From positions 684-64,683 of the forward strand of contig CAYPCX010000001.1 in NCBI GenBank assembly GCA_964409365.1: 64,000 nt of DNA, in the 5' to 3' direction. The notes under the pieces were generated by a model. That model saw only the letters and a program-made list of their open reading frames with translations. It ran no database searches and was not told where the DNA came from. Shown here one piece after another: positions 58,544-64,000 of the stretch. Every line of letters starts with the position of its first letter. Position 1 is the stretch's first letter. The position numbers and the translations under genes are program-made. The DNA is from an uncultured Planctomycetia bacterium (GTDB taxonomy: Bacteria > Omnitrophota > Gorgyraeia > Tantalellales > Tantalellaceae).

Positions 58544-60223
58544 ATGATGGAAAAGAACAATAACAAAGGTCCCGGAGCCGGGCAGGACGATCCGGGGATC
58601 AGTGTATCCGGCGACCTGGCCGGGACGGTCGTCGATACGGTCCGCGAGCCGCTGGTTATCCTGGACGGCGACTTGAGGGTGATGTCAGCCAACAGGTCCT
58701 TCTACGATGTCTTCAAGGTAAAGCCCGGCCGGACCGAAAAGGAGCTTATCTATGATATCGGCAACCGCCAGTGGGACATACCCGAACTGCGGCGCCTCTT
58801 GGAGGAGATAATCCCCAAACACGCGTCATTCGACGATTTCGAGGTCAGGCATGATTTTCCGGATATCGGCAGGCGGATCATGCTCCTGAACGCCCGGCGC
58901 ATACCAAGGCCGCCGCAAAAGCCCAGGATGATCCTGCTGGCGATCGAGGACATCACCGAGCGCAGGCGCCTGGAGGACATGCTGGAGACCTCCGAAGAGC
59001 GTTATCGCGGGGCCTTCGAGACGGCGCATGACGGGATGCTCCTGGTGGACAAGGTCGACGGACGGATACTCAGCTCGAACGAGGCGGCCCAGGAATTACT
59101 CGGCTATTCCCATGAGAGCTTCTCGGAGAGAAAGATCTGGGATATCGGCATGGTGGAAGACGAAGCGGCGTTCCGGGAGGCAGCGCCCTTGTTGGAGAAA
59201 AATGGATTCATATTTTACGTCGACACGCCCGTCAGGACCAGCGAAGGGCGCGAGATAAGCGCGGACATCTACCTGATCGACAGGGCAAAGGTCATCCAGT
59301 GCAGTGTCCGGGACATCACCGGGCGCAAGAAGATAGAGGAGGAGACAAAAAGAGCCAGGGATGAGTACAGGGACATAGCTAACCTTGCGCAGGATATCAT
59401 AGGAAGAACGGATAGAGACGGAAAGTGGATATTTCTGAATGATTATGCCTATAGATTTTGGGGCTATACAGAAGAAGATATGATCGGGACATCTTTTGCC
59501 GACTACATACATCCTGATGATAAAAAAAGGACATTGGCTGTAATTGAGAAAGCGATCATGGAAAAACGCACGGAAAGAGGATTAACGAACAGGCAGAGAA
59601 CTAAAAGCGGATTTAAAGTAGTTGAGTGGTACGGTACGCCTTTTTTTGATGAACAAGGGAACTATATTGGTTTTCAGGCATCAGGGCGAGATATAACCGA
59701 ACGCGAGAAGGCGGAGCTAGAGCTGAAAAAGAACGAAGAAAAGGTCAGTGCCATACTGCAGTCCGTCCCCGATCACATGAGCATGATGGACAAAGACCTG
59801 AACATCGTCTGGGCCAATGACGTCGCCAAGAGGATTTTCGGCGAGGATATAATCGGCAAAAAATGCTATACCGTGTACCATGGAAGAAAAGAACCGTGCG
59901 AGCCGTATCCGTGCCTTACGCTCAAGACGTTCCAGGACGGGAAAATCCATGAACACGACACCCAGGTGACAGATAAAGACGGCAAGATAATATATTTTCA
60001 TTGTACGGCTAACGTGGCGTTAAGAGATGAAGAAGGAAAACCGCAGGCGGTGCTGGAGATATCCAGGGATATCACGGAAAACAAGAAGGCGGAAGAAGAG
60101 CTGAAGAAACGGTTTCACCAATTGGAGGTTTTTCATAAAGCCGCCGTTGACAGGGAGCTCAAGATGAAGCAGCTGGAGGAACGGATAAAAAAGCTGGAAG
60201 CGGAACGGGGAAAGAAAACCTGA
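58544..60223 (+). CDS. Multi-PAS (about 4) protein with no output domain
   Basis: TVREPL.ILD..LRV..ANRSFY, repeated DITERK linkers, C-terminal DRELKMKQLEERI. Confidence 0.85.
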   Translation: MMEKNNNKGPGAGQDDPGISVSGDLAGTVVDTVREPLVILDGDLRVMSANRSFYDVFKVKPGRTEKELIYDIGNRQWDIPELRRLLEEIIPKHASFDDFEVRHDFPDIGRRIMLLNARRIPRPPQKPRMILLAIEDITERRRLEDMLETSEERYRGAFETAHDGMLLVDKVDGRILSSNEAAQELLGYSHESFSERKIWDIGMVEDEAAFREAAPLLEKNGFIFYVDTPVRTSEGREISADIYLIDRAKVIQCSVRDITGRKKIEEETKRARDEYRDIANLAQDIIGRTDRDGKWIFLNDYAYRFWGYTEEDMIGTSFADYIHPDDKKRTLAVIEKAIMEKRTERGLTNRQRTKSGFKVVEWYGTPFFDEQGNYIGFQASGRDITEREKAELELKKNEEKVSAILQSVPDHMSMMDKDLNIVWANDVAKRIFGEDIIGKKCYTVYHGRKEPCEPYPCLTLKTFQDGKIHEHDTQVTDKDGKIIYFHCTANVALRDEEGKPQAVLEISRDITENKKAEEELKKRFHQLEVFHKAAVDRELKMKQLEERIKKLEAERGKKT

Positions 60224-62343
60224 TGATGAAAACAGGAATAGGCAAAAAGATCACACTGGTTTTATGCTTGATGGGGTTGATACTGGTGTTGTCAGGGGTA
60301 GGCCTTGGATATTATCTCGGTTTCAGGCTCCTGCGGGATACCATCGGGGCGAATCATGTGAGAATGGCAAGTAATCTGGCAGTTTCCACATCATTTATTC
60401 TCGACGATGCGGTAAAAAGTGTAGTCGTACATGCGTCGAACCCCGTGCATGGGAAAGCCATAATGGAAAGCGCGTCAAAGTATGAAGGTAAAGACGCTGA
60501 CGCTATACAAGAGCACTTTCTGGACATGGATGAAAAGTGGTCACGGGCGGAGGCCGACAGCCCTATCGTGATGGAATATTTAAGCGGCGAAAGTGCCGAG
60601 AGACTGGGAGAATACGCGACGAAGGGTAAGGTTATAGCCGAGATATTCATTACAAATAGATTTGGAGGCTTGGCCGCCGCATCATCCAAGACTACCGATT
60701 TTTATCAGGCCGATGAAAAGTGGTGGCAGGAAACTTATAACGACGGTAGAGGCGACGTTTATATCGGAGATATCGAATATGATGAATCTTCCGACATGGT
60801 CGGGATGACTGTGGCCGTTCCGGTTAAGGATAAAGATGGCAGGGTGATAGGCGTGATGAAGGCAGTACTGGCTGCCGGCGTACTGTTCAAGCCTATCGGG
60901 AGTTTCGAAATCGGGAAGACCGGCCACGCCGTTCTGGTCGATGCGGATGGTTTAATCATATATCATAAGGGACTAAAGCCTTTAAGCGTGAAATTCTGCG
61001 GCGATAAGGAGCTCGATAGCCTGGTGAATGATCCGAAAAAATGGGGGATCGTAAAAAGCCCCCATACCCATGCGGGGGAAAACATGTTCGTTGGGTTTTC
61101 GGTCGTCGATCACCCGCTTTTATCTGAAGAGGGAATGATCTGGAGGATTTTTGTCGATGAGGATTGCCGCGAAGTCTTTTACCCGCTCAGGGCGCTCTTT
61201 ATCCAGATGGGTTTGACCATGGGGTTAGTGTTGCTCATTTTGATCCCTTTTGGTTTTATTTTTGGCGGTATCCTGGTAAAGCCTGTAAAAAAGCTACATG
61301 AAGCCGTCGAACATATCGGCAAGGGGGATCTGGATTACCCGATAGACATAAGGACGGGCGACGAGATCGAACAGCTCGCGGATTCGTTCAAGGTCATGGT
61401 TTTAAAGATAAAGGACAGAGAAAAAGAATTGGAAGAACTGAACGAGACACTGGAGAAAAGGGTTGCAGAAAGGACCCTTGATCTGCAGAGGGCCCAGGAT
61501 GCCACGTTGCATCTGCTCGAGGACCTGCAGAAGTCCAAGGAGGAACTCGACGAGGCGTTGAAAAAAGAGATAAAGGGGCGCGAAATACTGAAAAGCATGC
61601 TGGAAGACAACAATGATGTAAGAAAGCGCTTGGAAGAGAAGCTTGCGGAACTGAAGTTGACACAGGATGTGCTTGTCCAGTCGGAGAAACTTGTTTCTAT
61701 CGGGCGACTTGTTTCCGAAATGGCTCACGAGGTAAATAACCCCCTCCAGGCGATATCCGGTAGGGCCCAGCTTTCTCTCATGGATGAAATACCCAACAAG
61801 GAACTGGAAGAAAACCTGAAGATCATAGAAAGCCAATGCTACCGGGCGCGGGACATAATCAAGAGACTCCTCGAGTTCTCAAGGCCAAGCAAGGGGAAGA
61901 CCCAGGAGAAGGACCTCAAGGACATAGCGGAAGAGGTCATAAAACTCGTGGAACATCAGTATTTACTTGTGGATGTAAAAATATTACGAAAATATTCTCC
62001 TGAGGAGCTCAAGGTCGAGGTGGATGTTAACCAGGTAGAAGAGGTTTTCTTCAATATCATAAAGAACGCTTCGGAGGCGATGGAATATGGCGGAAATATT
62101 ACGGTAGCCACTTCAAAAGAAGGCGATAAGGCGAAGATAACTTTCAAGGATACCGGAAGCGGAATGTCCGAGGAAGTCATGAAGAACATATTTGACCCCT
62201 TTTACACCACAAAAAAAGACGGAACGGGTCTGGGGCTTTCGGTATGTTACGGCCTCATCAAGGATCATGGCGGCGAATTGAGATATGAGAGCAAACCCGC
62301 GCAAGGCACGACCGCCATTATCACGTTCCCTATGCGAGGATAA
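60223..62343 (+). CDS. Cache-HAMP sensor histidine kinase
   Basis: TM, Cache domain (DFYQADEKWWQ), TM, HAMP, coiled coil, MAHEVNNPL, GTGLGL. Confidence 0.92.
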   Translation: MMKTGIGKKITLVLCLMGLILVLSGVGLGYYLGFRLLRDTIGANHVRMASNLAVSTSFILDDAVKSVVVHASNPVHGKAIMESASKYEGKDADAIQEHFLDMDEKWSRAEADSPIVMEYLSGESAERLGEYATKGKVIAEIFITNRFGGLAAASSKTTDFYQADEKWWQETYNDGRGDVYIGDIEYDESSDMVGMTVAVPVKDKDGRVIGVMKAVLAAGVLFKPIGSFEIGKTGHAVLVDADGLIIYHKGLKPLSVKFCGDKELDSLVNDPKKWGIVKSPHTHAGENMFVGFSVVDHPLLSEEGMIWRIFVDEDCREVFYPLRALFIQMGLTMGLVLLILIPFGFIFGGILVKPVKKLHEAVEHIGKGDLDYPIDIRTGDEIEQLADSFKVMVLKIKDREKELEELNETLEKRVAERTLDLQRAQDATLHLLEDLQKSKEELDEALKKEIKGREILKSMLEDNNDVRKRLEEKLAELKLTQDVLVQSEKLVSIGRLVSEMAHEVNNPLQAISGRAQLSLMDEIPNKELEENLKIIESQCYRARDIIKRLLEFSRPSKGKTQEKDLKDIAEEVIKLVEHQYLLVDVKILRKYSPEELKVEVDVNQVEEVFFNIIKNASEAMEYGGNITVATSKEGDKAKITFKDTGSGMSEEVMKNIFDPFYTTKKDGTGLGLSVCYGLIKDHGGELRYESKPAQGTTAIITFPMRG

Positions 62344-62348
62344 TTATC

Positions 62349-62720
62349 ATGCACAGGATATTACTGGTAGAGGATGAGACGGAGATATTGAAGATCGTGA
62401 AACAGTTCCTGGAAAGGAACGGCTTTGACGTAATAGCCGCATCGACGGGCAGAAAGGCTGTTGATATAGTCGCATCCGGAGAAAAAGTCGATCTGGCCGT
62501 GCTTGACGTCAAAATGCCCGGGATGAACGGCTTAGATTGCATGAAAGCGATCAGGAAGATAAAACCCTCTCTGCCCGCTTTTTTTCTGACAGGTTCAATA
62601 GACAGGGCAAAGTATATGGAAGACCTGGAAACACTGGGCGTTGACCCGGAAGACGTATTTCAGAAACCCGTAGATCTTTATGAACTTGTTGGACGGATCA
62701 AAGAAAGGCTCTACGGATAG
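62349..62720 (+). CDS. Single-domain response regulator
   Basis: LLVEDE, LDVKMPGMNG, KP. Confidence 0.92.
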   Translation: MHRILLVEDETEILKIVKQFLERNGFDVIAASTGRKAVDIVASGEKVDLAVLDVKMPGMNGLDCMKAIRKIKPSLPAFFLTGSIDRAKYMEDLETLGVDPEDVFQKPVDLYELVGRIKERLYG

Positions 62721-62772
62721 ATCATATATCGCGGGAGATATTTTTTTATTGGAATAAAGATCAAAAAGGGGG

Positions 62773-63144
62773 ATGATGAAAGCGAAGATTTTAGTGGTCG
62801 ATGACGAGAAGGTGATCCGCGATATGTTGGAGAAGTTTCTCAGCAGAAAGGGGTATGAGGTGGTAACGGCTGACTCAGGCCAGAAGGCCCTGGAAAAACT
62901 GAAGACCGAGAAACCGAAAGTCATACTTCTGGACATAAGGATGCCGGGAATGGGCGGGGTGGAGGCCATAAAGAAGATACGTGAAATCGACAAGGATGTA
63001 GGTGTCATCATGGCCACAGCAGTCATGGATGAAGAAGTCGCAAAGGAGACAATTGGATTGGGCGCGGCGGATTATATTGTAAAACCTTTCGATCTTGACT
63101 ACATGGAAAAGAGCCTGATGGTAAAATTGGCGACGATGCTCTGA
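62773..63144 (+). CDS. Single-domain response regulator
   Basis: LVVDDE, LDIRMPGM.G, TA, GAADYIVKPF. Confidence 0.93.
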   Translation: MMKAKILVVDDEKVIRDMLEKFLSRKGYEVVTADSGQKALEKLKTEKPKVILLDIRMPGMGGVEAIKKIREIDKDVGVIMATAVMDEEVAKETIGLGAADYIVKPFDLDYMEKSLMVKLATML

Positions 63145-63200
63145 AATAATAACTTATGATCCTTCCCTTAACAGGTTTTTCTCTTCTTTCGGGCTGATTA

Positions 63201-63209
63201 TGATATAAT
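63201..63209 (+). promoter_or_regulatory. Extended -10 promoter element upstream of the miaB-like fragment
   Basis: TGATATAAT (TGnTATAAT); AAGAGG RBS before GTG 63257. Confidence 0.55.
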
Positions 63210-63256
63210 TAGCGCGTTCTCCAAAATGACAATTCATAAAAAGAGGCGAAAATAAA

Positions 63257-63412
63257 GTGGCAAGTCAAGGAAACAAAGGAACTTCTGACAATACCGGAAA
63301 GCGTCTTTTCATCAAAACCTTCGGATGCCCCCTCGCTCGTTTCTCGAGCTTTGCTCTCGGCGCTCGCTTAGGATCAACCAAAAGTTTTGAGTGTGGGGGT
63401 TCCTTGCCGTGA
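63257..63412 (+). pseudogene. Truncated MiaB-like N-terminal fragment (site copy C)
   Basis: MASQGNKGTSDNTGKRLFIKTFGC followed by unrelated hairpin-derived sequence where MiaB has QMN. Confidence 0.7.
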
Positions 63413-63471
63413 GTAAACGGATCTTTCTCAAAACTTTCGGTTGACCGTTGGTTACAGTAGCGCGAGATGAT
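63409..63471 (+). repeat. miaB-5'-like att-type site, copy D
   Basis: GTG AGT AAA CGG ATC TTT CTC AAA ACT TTC GGT TGA CCG TTG GTT ACA GTA GCG CGA GAT GAT. Confidence 0.8.
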
Positions 63472-63511
63472 AATCAAAATAATGAAAATGCTTAAATAAA
63501 TATAAGGGGAT

Positions 63512-64000
63512 ATGAATACTGAACTTAAAAGAGAGCTAAACTTACTCGATATTTTCTGCCTGGCTTCGGGAGCCATGATAAGCTCGGGGATCTTCATATT
63601 GCCCGGCCTGGCATATAGAGAAGCGGGTCCTTTGGTCTTTATTTCTTATTTTATTGCCGGAATACTGGCTCTTATGGGAACTTTGAGCATAATCGAACTT
63701 GCCACCGCCATGCCAAAGGCCGGAGGGGACTATTTTTTTATTACCAGAAGTCTTGGACCTTTGGTTGGGACGGTTTCCTCTTTTTTAAGCTGGACAGCTC
63801 TTTGCCTGAAAGCAGCTTTTGCCGTTTTCGGTATAGCAGAGATATTGTATTTAACATTTGGTTTTCCTGTTTTACTGTCTTCTTTTTTTATTTGCCTGTG
63901 TTTCATAATTCTGAATATTTGGGGAGTGAAAGAGGCTGCAAAGTTTGAAGTAATTCTCGTCCTGGGTCTTTTTGCCATAATGCTTTTTCTGATCATCGGA
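63512..64000 (+). CDS. APC-family amino acid permease (runs off the window)
   Basis: MNTELKRELNLLDIFCLASGAMISSGIFILPGLA...ELATAMPKAGGDYFFITRSLGP; AAGGGG RBS; not in the ORF track because there is no stop codon in the window. Confidence 0.9.
   Translation, partial: MNTELKRELNLLDIFCLASGAMISSGIFILPGLAYREAGPLVFISYFIAGILALMGTLSIIELATAMPKAGGDYFFITRSLGPLVGTVSSFLSWTALCLKAAFAVFGIAEILYLTFGFPVLLSSFFICLCFIILNIWGVKEAAKFEVILVLGLFAIMLFLIIG

Noticed and set aside
53677-63471. Classical integron attC sites
   Set aside because: There are no RYYYAAC...GTTRRRY boxes with the attC hairpin layout and no IntI in the window; reported instead as a different att-like array.

Overview
A 64 kb bacterial chromosomal window in which every credible gene lies on the + strand. 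The gene content and repeat style suggest a PVC-superphylum organism, possibly Ca. Omnitrophota; this is inference only. Gene order: MoxR/DUF58/BatA-E operon, metH, mnmG, radical SAM and two-component genes, aldolases, xth, a DD-carboxypeptidase, a GH57-based glycogen cluster (including a GH57-GlgA fusion and glgC), NAD salvage genes, a PurF lacking the N-terminal Cys, an RND efflux system with a large periplasmic-domain/TolC fusion, assorted signalling and membrane genes, and an accessory tail from 53.7 kb to the end. The most notable signal is in that tail. Four degenerate copies of a site encoding a MiaB-like N-terminus (K-x-(V/I/L)-F-(I/V/L)-(R/K)-T-F-G) lie at about 53.68, 56.50, 63.26 and 63.41 kb. 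Three of them continue into the same non-miaB right half (TGA CCG TTG GTT ACA.. GCG CGR GAT GAT). They delimit blocks of cargo genes, which looks like tandem cassette or island accretion at the 5' end of miaB. No recombinase is visible in the window. Intergenic DNA also carries several families of covarying palindromic repeats, some nested or circularly permuted, and 7-mer tandem and mosaic repeats. No rRNA, tRNA, CRISPR array or transposase was recognised.
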